This document shows positions 1 through 11,582 of a stretch of DNA of 64,000 nucleotides, one piece after another. The notes under the pieces are model-generated. The model ran no database searches and was not told the origin of the DNA. It was given only the letters and a program-made list of their open reading frames with translations. Made by a program: the position numbers and the translations under genes. Source of the DNA: an uncultured Planctomycetaceae bacterium (lineage in GTDB: Bacteria; Planctomycetota; Planctomycetia; Isosphaerales; Isosphaeraceae); contig CAWIAD010000001.1 in NCBI GenBank assembly GCA_963833985.1, forward strand, positions 2,880,001 through 2,944,000, written 5' to 3'. The first letter of the stretch is position 1, and each line of letters opens with the position of its first letter.

Positions 1-201
1 GTGCGCGATGGGTTGTGTGAAATACGCCCATCGTCGCACCGCAAAGGGCTGGAGCCACCGTCTTTTCGACGCAAAGACCGGATGCGGATCAGTCCGCCGG
101 GTGCCGCATGGACATTGGCCGGTCCGGAGGGGAAGATGACGGGCCGTGGGCCGATCGATGAGCCATCGACGGTGCCACGGTCACCGCGCTCCGAGGCTGC
201 C

Positions 202-1702
202 ATGGAATCCTCTCCCCGGTTCCGATCCCGCGCCCGTGTGCCGCACCCGCCCGGTTCGTCTTCGTCGCGCTGCGGAGCCCGCCGCCGGGCGGGCCCGGGC
301 GCGGCCCTCGCCGGGCTGGGGACCGTCTGGGCCCTTGCCTGCGTGGGCCTCGTTGCCATGGCTGCCGCAGGGGAGCCCGTCCGCGAGCGGCCGCTCCGGG
401 CGCTCGCCATCGGAATCGGCGAGGACTACGCAAGCAATAGGCGCACCGCCGACGCCGCGCGCAGGACTTTGACGCCTGCCGACGCGCCGGGGTGTCGGTG
501 CTGAGGATCAGCTTCAGCTGGTTCGAGATGGAGCCCGAGCCCGGGCAGTACGACTTCGCGTTCTGGGACAAGGTCATACCGATGGCCGTCGACGAGTACG
601 GCCTGCGGCTCATTCCGTACGTCTGCTACACGCCGAGCTGGGCATCATCCAGACCCGAGAGCGACGCGGTCTGGACCACGCCACCGAAGGATCTCGCCGC
701 CTTCGGGCGGTTCGTCAGGGCCCTGGTCCAGCGCTACAAGGGCCGGATCCACTCGTGGGAGATCTGGAACGAGCCGGATATCCCCGAGTTCTGGACGGGC
801 TCGACGAAGCAGTACGCCGCGCTGCTCGCCGAGGGGTCGCGCGCCGTGCGCCAGGCCGACCCGGCGGCGCGGGTCGTCCTCGGAGGGATCGCCCGCCGCC
901 CGGAGTTCCTCCGCGAACTGCTGCGGGACGAGGGGGTGTCGCCGTTGATTGACGTGGTCAACTGCCACAACTACTTCGAGACCTGGCACGACGGCACGCT
1001 CGAAGGGCTGCCGACCTACCTCGGCCTCATCGCCGGCGTGATCGACGATTACGGCCATGGCCAGGAGCTGTGGATGGCCGAGGTCGGGTACAGCAGCTAC
1101 CGGCCCAAGGGCTCCGGGCGGGTCTCGGACCGCTACATGGCCCGCCACGTATTCGAACACACTCCGGCGTACCAGGCCGAGGCACTGCTGCGAGCCATGA
1201 CGCTGATCCGGTCGACAGATCGCGTGTCGCTCGTGACGTGGTACCGGATCAACGACCTCCCGGCCGGGCAGGAGGTCATCGGCGACCTGAATAACCGGCA
1301 CCTCGGCATCGTGGACCTGCAAGGGCGGCCCAAGCCCGCGCTCGAGGGGCTCCGCGGCGCGGTCGAGCTCTTCTCGCGCCCCTGCGGCTGGCCGATGACC
1401 GCGTGCAGGCGACCCGACCGATCGCCTCGCGCGCCGAGGTGCACAGCTTCGAGGCCCCTGACGGCTCCCTGACGATCGTGGCCTGGCAGCGGACGGTCGT
1501 TCTCGGCGACGGCCCCCGGCCCGCCGCCGGCCAGGATCCCCCGCGGCCGGCCGAGGTCTTGACGCTCACCGTCCCCGGGCGCCGGCTGCGCACCGCACCC
1601 GACGCTCCGTCGCTTGAGGTCGCCAACCGCAACGAAGGGACCTCGATCCGTTTCAGCGTCACCCAGGACCACACCCTGGTCTTCCGCCTCATTCCGGATT
1701 AA
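202..1702 (+). CDS. Secreted clan GH-A glycoside hydrolase (GH39/GH5/GH42-like), frameshifted near 480 and 1385
   Basis: Hydrophobic N-terminal segment in ORF 1..504. Core in ORF 492..1472 has WFEMEPEPGQYDF, WEIWNEPD (acid/base) and LWMAEVG (nucleophile). Tail is in ORF 1403..1702. Confidence 0.7.
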
Positions 1703-1741
1703 CCGAAGGTCTGTTGCTCGTTCCACGCAGAGCCTGGGTAC

Positions 1742-1894
1742 AGGTTTGTAACTCTTCCCTCGTTCCCACGCTCCGCGTGGGAATGCCGTCTGCGACGCTC
1801 CCGCGTCGATCGGGCCAGCGCTGAGGCCAGGAAATCCGTGGGACGCCGAGCGTCCCGATCGCTGTACCCTCGCAGAGCGCTGGTACAAGTCTGT
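1742..1894. repeat. REPIN-like palindromic repeat, copy 1
   Basis: Hairpins GTTCCCACGCTCCGCGTGGGAAT and GGGACGCCGAGCGTCCC; homologous to the reverse complement of 26664-26808. Confidence 0.8.
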
Positions 1895-2203
1895 AACACT
1901 TCTCTCATCCCTTTCTGGTGAACGTTCTCTCAACATTAATAGGTCTTATTCGGCGCCGTTCTCCTGATCGGCCCCAGAGGCGTGGTGAACAGGCGCCAGC
2001 CCATGATCACCTGTGACTCGATTCCTCTCCCTTCCTCTCCGCGAGGATTTCGGGGCGGGAGAAGACTGGAATCGCCGGGCGGGGTCGACTACGTTATGCA
2101 TGGTGAGCGGCGGAAGGCTGGCTCGGAACGGCCGTGGCGGTTGGCAGGATCCCGGTTCCGAACGCATGGTCAAGCTCCAGAGACTCGGAGAACAGAGTCG
2201 CCG

Positions 2204-3601
2204 ATGCATGACGTTGCAGTGATCCCATGGAAGCTCCGCGCAGTGCTGGCCTCTGCCCTGGGTGTTCTATCCTTGGCATCTGGCGGCTGCGAGGGGGGGC
2301 GCACGGCGACCACGAAACCGGCCGCACCGGCACCGGCGGTCACCGTGGTCCGTGCCCGCAAGATGGACATCCCGATCGTCGTCCGCCGCGACGGTACCAC
2401 CCGGGCGCTCAACGAAGTGACCATCCGGGCGCGCGTGAAGGGGTTCCTGGACGAGATGCACTTCAAGGAGGGCTCGAACATCAAGCAGGGGGAGCTGCTC
2501 CTGGTCATCGAGGAAGAGCCGTTCCAGGTCAAGGTCGCCCAGGCGAAGGCGGTTCTTGCCGAGGCCGAAGCGGAGCTCAAGAAGGCCAGGGCATCGAAAT
2601 CACGCGAGATGGCCAAGGCCCGGGTGTCGCTGGACGAGACGCAGCTCCAGCTCGACCGCGTGGAGGAGCGCAGGGAACGCAGCCTGTTCGCGCAAGGCCG
2701 CTTCCCAGGACGACTATGACCAGGCCAAGGCCAAGGCGGACAAGAGCGTTGCCCAGGTGGAAGCCGACACCGCGGCCCACCAGCAATCGCTGGCCGACTA
2801 CGATATCAACATCCTCTCCGCCCAGGCCAAGATCGAACAGGCCAGGGCCGATCTTCGTTCCGCCGAGATCGACCTGAGCTACTGCCGCATGACCGCTCCG
2901 ATCCGCGGGCGGATCGGTCAGCTCCAGGTGAAGCTGGGGAACCTGGTCGGCTCGGCGACGTCCTCGGGTGACTCGACCTCGCTGGTCACCGTCCAGCAGC
3001 TAGACCCCATGGGCGTCGACCTCCGGCCGCCCTCGCGCTATCTGCCCATCATCACCCGGCTCGTCAAGCAGGGGCTCGAGATCAAGCTGCGGGTGGAGGG
3101 TCAGCGGGACCACCCCTATACGGGCAAGATCACCTTCCTGGACAACACGGTCGACGCCACCACATCGACCGTTCTGGTCAAGGCCGAGGTGCCCAACCCA
3201 GAGGAGCTCATCCTGCCCGGCGAGTACGTGAAGGTCGAGCTCACCATCGGCGATTACTCCGGCGGGCTGGTCATCCCCGACGCGGCCGTCGTCGAGGCCC
3301 AGGAAGGCTCGCGCGTGCTGATTGTTGACGATCAGAACAACGTCAAGCTGGCCGTCATCAAGGTCCTGGACGTCTACCAGGGGCTGGCGGTCGTGGAATC
3401 GGGCCTCGCGGAGGGGCAGAAGGTGATCGTCAAGGGGGTCCAGCTCGCCCGCCCGGGACAGACCGTGAAAGCCGAGGAAGCCGAGCTGGAAACCTTCTCC
3501 CGTCCCGACTCCGACAGTGTCGCGCCCGACGCGCTGGACAGCCCGCTCATGCGCTGCGCAGCTCCGACACCCCGAAGCAACACCCAGCAGGTTCGCCATA
3601 A
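2204..3601 (+). CDS. RND efflux periplasmic adaptor (MFP), frameshifted near 2690 and probably near 3552
   Basis: Lipoprotein-like signal (LASGGC), EVTIRARVKGFL, APIRGRIG and PGEYV motifs split across ORFs 1982..2719 and 2556..3833; directly upstream of an RND permease. End at 3601 is inferred. Confidence 0.85.
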
Positions 3602-3819
3602 TTCTTTAACAGGCATTCATCCGTTTGATGCGATCCTGGATGACCGGGAGGCCGCTCTTCGTGGAGCACGATTCCATTCGTGTCACTTCTTTTATCTGAT
3701 GGACCAGGAAGAATGGCACGATTGGAAGCGTACCTCACGGGCAGAGCGGCGAGGCAGGGCACTCAGCCACGGGCAAGCGAACGGCAATCCTGTCCGAAGA
3801 CTTCTGGGGATCTGCTTGG
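3583..3819. mobile_element. MITE/REPIN-like element, short copy
   Basis: Homologous to the reverse complement of 53762-54256; imperfect terminal inverted repeats (CCCAGCAGGTTCGCCATAATTCTTT ... AAGACTTCTGGGGATCTGCTTGG). Confidence 0.7.
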
Positions 3820-3907
3820 CCACGGTGGATTGAGCCAGAAATGGCCCATGTTGTCTCACCGAGTTCTCCGTGGCCTTGTTTCCACCTGGTATTGAGCGAG
3901 ACGTGAC

Positions 3908-6900
3908 ATGGTCAATTTCTTCATCGGCCGGCCGATCTTTGCCACCGTACTGGCGCTCATCCTGGTGCTGATCGGCGGCATCTGCATGGGCGTGCTGCCG
4001 ATCTCGCTCTACCCGGATATCGTTCCGCCCCAGGTCCAGATCACCGCGACCTACACCGGCGCCGACGCCCAGACCGTGGCCGACTCGGTGACCACCCCGA
4101 TCGAGCAGAAGGTCAACGGGGTGAACAACATGATCTACATGTCGTCGGACAGCACCAGCAACGGCGTGTCGCGCATCCTGGTGACGCTCGACGTCGGCGC
4201 CTCGCAAGATATCGGCGCCATCGACGTACAGAACAAGGTGGATACGGCCAAGCCCACGCTGCCGCCCGAGGTCACGCAGGTGGGCGTGGAGAGCAAGAAG
4301 ACCACGACCAACATGGTCTGCGTGGTGAACCTGCTCAGTCCCGGGGGCACGTACGACTCGAGCTTCCTGGACAACTACGTGCAGATCAACGTTGTGGACG
4401 TGCTCAGGCGCATCCGCGGCATCAGCGATATCAACGTCTTTGGCCGCAAGTACGCCATGCGCGTCTGGCTCGACCCGGATCGGATGTCGAACCAGCAAAT
4501 CTCGCCCGATGAGGTGATCCGGGCGATCCAGTCGGAGAATCGCCAGGCCGCCGCCGGCAAGATCGGCGCACCGCCGGTCCCCTCCGGCCAGCAGTTCGAG
4601 TTTCCCGTCACGGCCAGGGGCCGGCTCACGCAGGCCAGTGAGTTCGAGCAGATCATCGTCCGCGCCCGGTCGGACGGATCGAAGGTCTTGCTCAGGGACG
4701 TGGCCCGCGTGGAGCTCGGCTCCGAAACCTATGAGCAAACGGGCTTCCTGAACGGCAAGCCCGCCGCGACCATTCCCATTTACCAGTACTCCAATGCCAA
4801 TGCGCTGTCCATCGTTGCCCAGGTTCGCCAGGAGATGGACCGCCTGGCGCGGAATTTTCCGCCCGACGTGCAGTACCGGATCGCCTTTGATACCACGCGC
4901 TACGTCGATGAGAACATTCAGGAGGTCAAGCACACCCTGCTCGAAGCGTTCGCGCTGGTCCTGATCGTGGTGTTCGTCTTCCTGCAAGGGCTGAGAACCA
5001 CGCTCATCCCCATGGTGGCAATCCCGGTCTCGCTGGTGGCCACCTTCGCGCTTATGGCAGTCTTTGGCTTCTCGATCAACACCCTCACGCTCATGGGGCT
5101 GGTGCTGGCGATTGGCCTTGTTGTGGACGACGCGATCATCGTGGTCGAGAACGTCGAGAAGTTCCTGGAGCGCGGGTACAACCCGCACGACGCCACCCGC
5201 GCGGCGATGGCCGAGATCACCACGCCCATCGTCACGATCACGCTGGTACTGGGGGCGGTATTCGTGCCGGTGGCGTTCATCCCGGGGCTCACGGGCCGGC
5301 TTTACAACCAGTTCGCGCTGACGATCGTCTTCTCGTTCCTTTTCTCGGCGATCAATTCGCTCACCTTCAGTCCGGCCATGTCGCGCCTCTTGTTGAAGGC
5401 GAAACCCCATCACGGCGAGGCGAAGTTCTTCTTCTTCCGCTGGTTCAACCGGGGGATGACCTGGCTGGAGAACTCGTACGATTCGTTCCTGGAGTACACG
5501 GCCCATCACTGGTGGACCGTCGTCATCCCCTCGCTGGCGCTGCTGGCCTTGACCGGCTGGATGATCATCGATCGCCCCAAGTCGTTCGTGCCGGTAGAGG
5601 ACCAGGGATACCTCGTGGTCACGGTGCAGACGGCCGATGGCACCACCCAGGAGCCGACCGCGCGGGTGATGGAGCGGGTCGAGCAGATCGCCTTGAAGAT
5701 GGACGGCGTGGCCGACACGATCCGCTTTGACGGTCTCAACCCGCTCACCCAGGTGAACCAGTCCAACAGTGGCGCCGTGTACGTGGTGCTCAAGCACTGG
5801 AAGGAACGCGGAGCACCGGAGCTGCGCGCCCGGGCACTGGTCGCGCGGCTCCAGCAGGCACTGGCGGCCGAGGTCCAGGACGCCATCGCCCTGGTCTTCC
5901 CGCCTCCGCCCATCCAGGGGCTGGGAACCACCGGCGGATTCGAGTTCCTGATCGAGGACCGCGAAGGGCGCGGGGTGCAGGCCCTGGCGGACGTCGCCGA
6001 CGCATTCATGGCCGAGGCCCGCAAGCGGCCGGAGCTCTCCGGCCTGTACACGCCGTTTTCGGTGCGCGTGCCCCAGCTCCGGTTCGAGCTCGACCGCGGC
6101 AAGGCACGCAACCTGGACGTTCAGGTCTCCTCGATCTTCGAGACGTTGCAGGTGTACCTGGGCGGTTATTACATCAATGATTTCAACCGCTTCGGCAAGA
6201 CCTGGCGGGTTTACGTGCAGTCCGAGGGCGACCACCGCCGGCTCACCGACGATATCCTCAAGCTGAAGGTGCAGAACGCCCGGGGAGAGTCGGTTCAACT
6301 GGCCGCCCTGGGCACGGTGAGGACCATCGTCGGGCCCATCGACGTGCCGCACTACAACCTCTACAACGCGGCCAAGATCACGGGCAACCCCGGCGGCGGA
6401 TACAGCTCGGGCCAGGCCACGCAGGCCATGGAAGAGGTGGCGGCCGCCACGCTCCCTGACGGCTTCGGCTTCGAGTGGACCGGCTCGACCTACCAGGAGC
6501 AGAAGACCGGCAACCAGGCCACCTCCATCTTCGCGCTGTCCATCGTCTGCGTCTTCCTGTTCATGGCCGCACTGTACGAGAGCTGGGTGCGGCCGATCGT
6601 GATCATCCTGACCGTTCCGCTGGCGACCTTCGGCGCCGTCGCCGGGCTCTGGATCTTCAACTTGCCGCTGGATGTCTTCGGCCAGATCGGCCTGGTGATG
6701 CTCATCGGCCTGGAGACGAAGAACGCCATCCTGGTGGTGGAATTCGGGGTGGAGCTCATGCAGAAGCACGGCATGAGCATCATCGACTCTGCCAAGGAAG
6801 CCGCCCGGCAAAGGCTGCGGCCCATCCTCATGACCTCGTTCGCCTTCATCATGGGCGTGCTGCCCATGGCGCGTGCCACCGGGGCAGGGGCCTATAGCCG

Positions 6901-7105
6901 CAACTCGCTGGGCATCGTCATTGCCTCGGGCATGCTCATCAGCACCATCCTCGGCCGTTTCGTCATCCCTGTCTATTACGTCCTCGGCGAGCGGATCATC
7001 CAGGCCTGCTCGCGTCCCGGACCGGCTCAGCCGGCTGACGCCAGCCCGGACCACGCACCGGAGCAGCCGCCCGAATCCGATGACGACCGCATGGACCACG
7101 CCTGA
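3908..7105 (+). CDS. RND efflux permease (HAE1, AcrB/MexF-like)
   Basis: 1065 aa; FFIGRPIFA, GLVVDDAIIVVENVE, KNAILVVEF and RLRPILMTS motifs. Confidence 0.95.
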   Translation: MVNFFIGRPIFATVLALILVLIGGICMGVLPISLYPDIVPPQVQITATYTGADAQTVADSVTTPIEQKVNGVNNMIYMSSDSTSNGVSRILVTLDVGASQDIGAIDVQNKVDTAKPTLPPEVTQVGVESKKTTTNMVCVVNLLSPGGTYDSSFLDNYVQINVVDVLRRIRGISDINVFGRKYAMRVWLDPDRMSNQQISPDEVIRAIQSENRQAAAGKIGAPPVPSGQQFEFPVTARGRLTQASEFEQIIVRARSDGSKVLLRDVARVELGSETYEQTGFLNGKPAATIPIYQYSNANALSIVAQVRQEMDRLARNFPPDVQYRIAFDTTRYVDENIQEVKHTLLEAFALVLIVVFVFLQGLRTTLIPMVAIPVSLVATFALMAVFGFSINTLTLMGLVLAIGLVVDDAIIVVENVEKFLERGYNPHDATRAAMAEITTPIVTITLVLGAVFVPVAFIPGLTGRLYNQFALTIVFSFLFSAINSLTFSPAMSRLLLKAKPHHGEAKFFFFRWFNRGMTWLENSYDSFLEYTAHHWWTVVIPSLALLALTGWMIIDRPKSFVPVEDQGYLVVTVQTADGTTQEPTARVMERVEQIALKMDGVADTIRFDGLNPLTQVNQSNSGAVYVVLKHWKERGAPELRARALVARLQQALAAEVQDAIALVFPPPPIQGLGTTGGFEFLIEDREGRGVQALADVADAFMAEARKRPELSGLYTPFSVRVPQLRFELDRGKARNLDVQVSSIFETLQVYLGGYYINDFNRFGKTWRVYVQSEGDHRRLTDDILKLKVQNARGESVQLAALGTVRTIVGPIDVPHYNLYNAAKITGNPGGGYSSGQATQAMEEVAAATLPDGFGFEWTGSTYQEQKTGNQATSIFALSIVCVFLFMAALYESWVRPIVIILTVPLATFGAVAGLWIFNLPLDVFGQIGLVMLIGLETKNAILVVEFGVELMQKHGMSIIDSAKEAARQRLRPILMTSFAFIMGVLPMARATGAGAYSRNSLGIVIASGMLISTILGRFVIPVYYVLGERIIQACSRPGPAQPADASPDHAPEQPPESDDDRMDHA

Positions 7106-7339
7106 ACCTGTCCCCGTGTCCCATTCTCCGGCGCGTCATCTCCTTTTGCCACATTTGGTTGTCACGCGGAATCGTGGCCTACGTTTAGATAGACAAAGTG
7201 CTTTGATGAATCAATGCACGTGGCAGGAAAAATCCATTTCCGGATTCGGAGTTGCGGTTCTTTTGAAACTGGCATGGCGGTTGCATTCTCTTCACCATCG
7301 TGCCCCGAAGGAACTGGTAAACGACAGCGAGGAGTGACA

Positions 7340-7519
7340 ATGGACGCGACTTCTCAGGTGATGGTGACGCTCTCAGACGACCTGCTCAGGCAACTTCGGA
7401 AGGAAGCACGCGAACAGCATGTTCCGCTGCGCTGGGTCGTGGCCGGTCTGGTGTGCGATACGCTGGAATCTGGACAGAAATGCGTGGAGAAGCGGCAGCC
7501 CGCTTTGGCCGCACGTTGA
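7340..7519 (+). CDS. Small ribbon-helix-helix (CopG-like) protein, 59 aa
   Basis: GAGGAG RBS; VMVTLSDDLLRQLRKEAREQHVPLRWVV fits a beta-alpha-alpha pattern. Confidence 0.55.
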   Translation: MDATSQVMVTLSDDLLRQLRKEAREQHVPLRWVVAGLVCDTLESGQKCVEKRQPALAAR

Positions 7520-7596
7520 TATGGGACCACGTTCCGGTCCTGCCGGCTTCCTGGCGCTGGCACGCTCGGGCGCGGTGATGCCCGACGGAAACGTCG

Positions 7597-8124
7597 ATGC
7601 TCGTGATCATGATGCTGGCGACCTGGTGTCTGGGCCCTCAGTCATCTCTGGGCGACGAGATCGTCGCCTATGCCCGAACCAGAATTGGCCAGAAGGTAGG
7701 CGATGGCCAGTGCACGGCGCTCGCCGAGGCAGCGCTCCGCCATTGCCACGCACGTCGGCCAGAGCCTGCCGCCGGACTCTGGGGCGACGAGGTGAAGGCC
7801 TTGCGCGAATTGCAGCCCGGCGATATTCTGCAATTCGAGAGTGCGGTGTTCGTGCAGCACAAGGTGATCCAGGGCGGAGGACGCCTGACCCTGACCACAC
7901 GCTTTCCCCACCACACGGCCATTGTGCAGAGCATCCGCAAGCGCAGTCCCAGGCCGGTGCTGGTGATCCTGCACCAGAACGCCGGCGCGGCGGGAAGCAG
8001 TGACGCCGAGGCGAAAGTGGTCCACGAGTGGACACTCGAGATGGCAGGCCAGCGCGGTGGAACCGTCAAGGCGTATCGGCCGGTGCCCGAGCGCGCCGCG
8101 GTGCCGAAGCCTGCCGATCCGTGA
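7597..8124 (+). CDS. Secreted papain-fold (CHAP-like) cysteine hydrolase
   Basis: Signal-like N-terminus; VGDGQC, PGDILQF, PHHTAIV and LHQN motifs. Confidence 0.55.
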   Translation: MLVIMMLATWCLGPQSSLGDEIVAYARTRIGQKVGDGQCTALAEAALRHCHARRPEPAAGLWGDEVKALRELQPGDILQFESAVFVQHKVIQGGGRLTLTTRFPHHTAIVQSIRKRSPRPVLVILHQNAGAAGSSDAEAKVVHEWTLEMAGQRGGTVKAYRPVPERAAVPKPADP

Positions 8125-8219
8125 GCGCCCCTGAGATTTTCAGAACGACTTCGCAAGCCACCGAGCACTGTCCTGGCGCGGTTTTCTGACGCGTTGCAGG
8201 CAGTTTCTGATTTCTGGAA

Positions 8220-8297
8220 GGGGGGCAGACATTCCTGTCTGCCGATATTCCTGTCTGACAGGGCAGGCCTGCTCCAGTGGCAGGAATGACTGCCCCG
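8220..8297. repeat. REP doublet between convergent genes
   Basis: GGGGCAGACATTCCTGTCTGCC hairpin with inverted partner GGCAGGAATGACTGCCCC. Confidence 0.6.
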
Positions 8298-8330
8298 CGG
8301 TCTCAGTCTGCGATCTGAGTGCAAACCGCT

Positions 8331-8816
8331 CTAGTTCGGAACGGTTTCTCCCGGTGCCTGCGCAAGCTTCTCGAGCATCTCTTGCACGTGCCGGCTGGTC
8401 TGGAGTTGCGACGAGAAGACGTGGCGGACCACGCCGTTGCGGTCGATCAGGTAAGTCACGCGACCGGGCATGAGACCCAGGGTCCGGGGAACTCCGTAAC
8501 GTGCGCGGACCGCGCCATCGTGGTCCGAGAGCAGTGCGAATGGCAGCTTGAAACGCTCCGCGAAGCGGCGGTGCGAATCTGCCGAATCCGAGCTGATGCC
8601 AATGACCTGCGCACCGGCCTCCTGGAACACCTCATAGCTGTCGCGGAACGCACACGCTTCGGCCGTGCACCCCGGCGTGCCGTCCCTGGGATAAAAGAAG
8701 AGGACCACCTGCGACTTGCCGCGAAACCCGGAGAGGGTCACCGGATCGCCGGCTGCCGCGGGCAGTGTGAAATCCGGCGCGAGGTCGCCAGTACCGATCG
8801 GTCGCTGTGCGGGCAT
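8331..8816 (-). CDS. bcp: Peroxiredoxin, BCP/PrxQ family
   Basis: APDFTL and VLFFYPRDGTPGCTAEAC motifs. Confidence 0.9.
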   Translation of the reverse strand: MPAQRPIGTGDLAPDFTLPAAAGDPVTLSGFRGKSQVVLFFYPRDGTPGCTAEACAFRDSYEVFQEAGAQVIGISSDSADSHRRFAERFKLPFALLSDHDGAVRARYGVPRTLGLMPGRVTYLIDRNGVVRHVFSSQLQTSRHVQEMLEKLAQAPGETVPN

Positions 8817-8993
8817 GGTTCTCATCACTGACTGCGCAGAGTGTTCTGTCAGACATCAAAATACAGTGGACTGCCGGGCAACGCAATTCGCAGCAGAGCG
8901 ATCAAGGAGATTGAAGGTTCGCGCGCCTCTCGCTAGAGTTCCTGTTGTTCAACATCTGTTGTTCGCGCTCTGAACCTCAAGCGGGACGCTCTG

Positions 8994-10410
8994 ATGCTGC
9001 GTATCGTCGGCCCCGGTGTTCGCCTCTGTGACGGCTGGAACCGCCGCGAGGTGATGAGGATTGGCGGGCTGGGCTGCCTGGGAGCGGGTCTCGGCCTGGC
9101 GGATCTGTTGCAACCGGGCGCGCAAGCCCGAACCACCGCGGCCGGGGCCTCGTCGTTTGGCCGGGCGCGTTCGTGCATCGTCCTGTTCCTGATGGGCGGC
9201 CCGCCCCAGCATTCCACCTGGGACCCCAAGCCGGACGCCCCCGCGGAGGTGCGCGGCGAGTTCCGGCCGATTGCCACCACGGTCCCGGGCCTGTCGCTCT
9301 CCGAGCTGCTGCCCCGCACGGCTCGGGTCGCCGACAAGCTCTGCATCCTGCGGGCCATGTCGACGGGAGACAATGCCCACTCATCAAGCGGTTATTACAT
9401 GCTCACGGGACGGCCGCATCAACCGATGAACTTCGAGAATGCCAATCCCGGCCCCCCCAACGACGTGCCCAGCACGGGTGCGGTGCTCTGCGGCATCGAG
9501 ACGCCCAGGGGAGGCCTGCCCACCTCGGTCACCTTGCCGCACCGGATCTTCAACACCGACGGCAGCGTCTGGCCGGGACAGGACGCCGGCTTGCTGGGTC
9601 GGGCCTGCGATCCCTGGCTGTTGAACGCGAAGCTGACCTCCCAGGGCTACCACATCCAGGAGGCTCGATCTCCCCGCCGAGATCGATTCCAGCCGGCTGA
9701 GCCGCCGCGAGGGCCTGCTGAACCAGTTCCGGAACCGTCTTGATGAGCTGGACCGGAGCAAGATCGCCCGGACGTTCGACGCCCAGACTCGCCGCGCCCT
9801 GGATCTGCTGGGGTCCTCGCGGGCACAGCGGGCGCTGCGGCTCGACGAGGAGCCCGAGCGCAATCGCGACCGCTACGGACCGACCCCGTTCGGCCAGAGC
9901 GTCTTGCTGGCGCGACGGCTCGTCGAGAGCGGCGTCCGGCTGGTCCAGGTGAACTGGTACCGGGGCCCGGACGAGCCCCCGGCGAACCCCTGCTGGGACA
10001 GCCACACGGGGGAGTCGTCGAGACTGAAGACCGCGCTCGCGCCTCCCTTCGACCTGGCATTCTCGGCGCTCGTCGAGGACCTGACGCGCCGCGGCCTGCT
10101 CGAGGAGACCCTGGTGGTCTGCATGGCCGAGTTCGGCCGCAGCCCGCGCCTCGACGGCAATGGCGGACGCAATCACTGGGGCTCGGTCTTCTCCGTGGCG
10201 CTGGCCGGCGGGGGCGTCCGGGGCGGGCTCGTGCATGGCGCATCCGACCGCATCGGCGCGTATCCCGTCGAAGGAAAAGTGCGCCCGGAGGATTTGCTCG
10301 CAACCGTCTTTCACTGCCTCGGCCATGCTCCCGAAACCGTCTATCATGACCCGCTCGGCCGGCCGCAGCCGATCAGCCGGGGTGAGGTGCTGCACGCCAT
10401 CCTCGGCTGA
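8994..10410 (+). CDS. DUF1501 domain protein, frameshifted near 9662
   Basis: Tat-like RREVMRIG, GGPPQHSTWDPKP, LARRLVESGV, WDSH and EFGRSPR motifs across two frames. Confidence 0.85.
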
Positions 10411-10510
10411 CAAACGCTCTTCCGCACCAGAAACAGAGGCGAGAACTGCGGAGTGGCGGCCGCATTCCAGGCCGAGACCCTGGTTCCCACAAAGGGTTGA
10501 ACGAAACCTC

Positions 10511-11542
10511 ATGCCGGCATCTGTTTTTTCGATGGGCAACGTTGCACGCCCACTCACGGCTGTTCTCCAGTTGCTTCTTGTCCTGGTTCCAAGCGGTACA
10601 TTCGTCAAGGAAGTGCGGGCCCAGGAGGGAGCCGTGCGGGGCGTGCACGACCCTTGCGTGATTCTGGAGAACGGCGTGTACTACCTGTTCTCCACGGGAC
10701 CCGGAATCCCCGTCCGGCGCTCGCGTGACCTGTATCACTGGGAGCGAGCGGGGCAAGTCTTCGCCAGCAACCCGGCGTGGTTCCGGGACGCCGTGCCGGG
10801 TGCCACCTGGATCTGGGCGCCGGATGTCTCGCGCGTCCACGGCCGCTTCTTCCTCTATTACTCGGTCTCGACTTTCGGGTCCAATCGATCGTGCATCGGC
10901 CTGGCCACGAACGCGACCCTCGACCCGGCTCGACCCGACTACCATTGGGTGGACGAGGGCCCGGTGATCTGCTCGCGCAAGGAGGACGACTTCAATGCCA
11001 TCGACCCGAACCTCGTGGCCGAGGCCAGCGACCGGCTCTGGCTGACATTCGGCTCATTCTGGAGCGGGATCAAGCTGGTGCGGCTCGACGCTCGTACCGG
11101 CAAGCTCGAGAGCGGTCCCAGGCAGCTCATCGCACTGGCCTCGCGCCCCGGTTCGCACGCCCTGGAGGCACCGTTCCTCATCCGGCACGCCAGTGATTAC
11201 TTTCTCTTCCTGTCGTTCGACCGATGCTGCCGGGGTGCTCAAAGTACTTACAAGGTGGCGGTCGGCCGATCGCAGAGCCTCGCGGGCCCCTACGTGGACC
11301 GGCTCGGCACACCCCTTCGAGACGGGGGCGGGACCGTCATCCTCTCAAGCCAGGGAAGAGTGCGCGGGCCCGGGCATAACGCGGTCTTGCAGGACGGCGA
11401 TCACACCTGGTTCGTGCACCACTTCTACGACGCCGAGCAGCGCGGCGCCCGGACCTTGCAGATCCGTCCCTTGAGCTGGGATGAAACCGGCTGGCCAGTC
11501 GTCGGAGCGCCGATCACGGCCGGTCAGCAGCCGTCCCGATGA
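10511..11542 (+). CDS. GH43 endo-1,5-alpha-L-arabinanase-like protein
   Basis: VHDP, WAPDV, NAIDPN, SFWSGI, EAPF and GPGHN motifs. Confidence 0.9.
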   Translation: MPASVFSMGNVARPLTAVLQLLLVLVPSGTFVKEVRAQEGAVRGVHDPCVILENGVYYLFSTGPGIPVRRSRDLYHWERAGQVFASNPAWFRDAVPGATWIWAPDVSRVHGRFFLYYSVSTFGSNRSCIGLATNATLDPARPDYHWVDEGPVICSRKEDDFNAIDPNLVAEASDRLWLTFGSFWSGIKLVRLDARTGKLESGPRQLIALASRPGSHALEAPFLIRHASDYFLFLSFDRCCRGAQSTYKVAVGRSQSLAGPYVDRLGTPLRDGGGTVILSSQGRVRGPGHNAVLQDGDHTWFVHHFYDAEQRGARTLQIRPLSWDETGWPVVGAPITAGQQPSR

Positions 11543-11582
11543 CCTGTCCGCCTCATCATCCGATTCCCCTGGGTTTTCGACC

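Noticed and set aside
3692..7099. 1135-aa minus-strand ORF
   Set aside because: Antisense shadow of the RND permease, common in high-GC DNA. The same applies to most other overlapping ORFs in the track.
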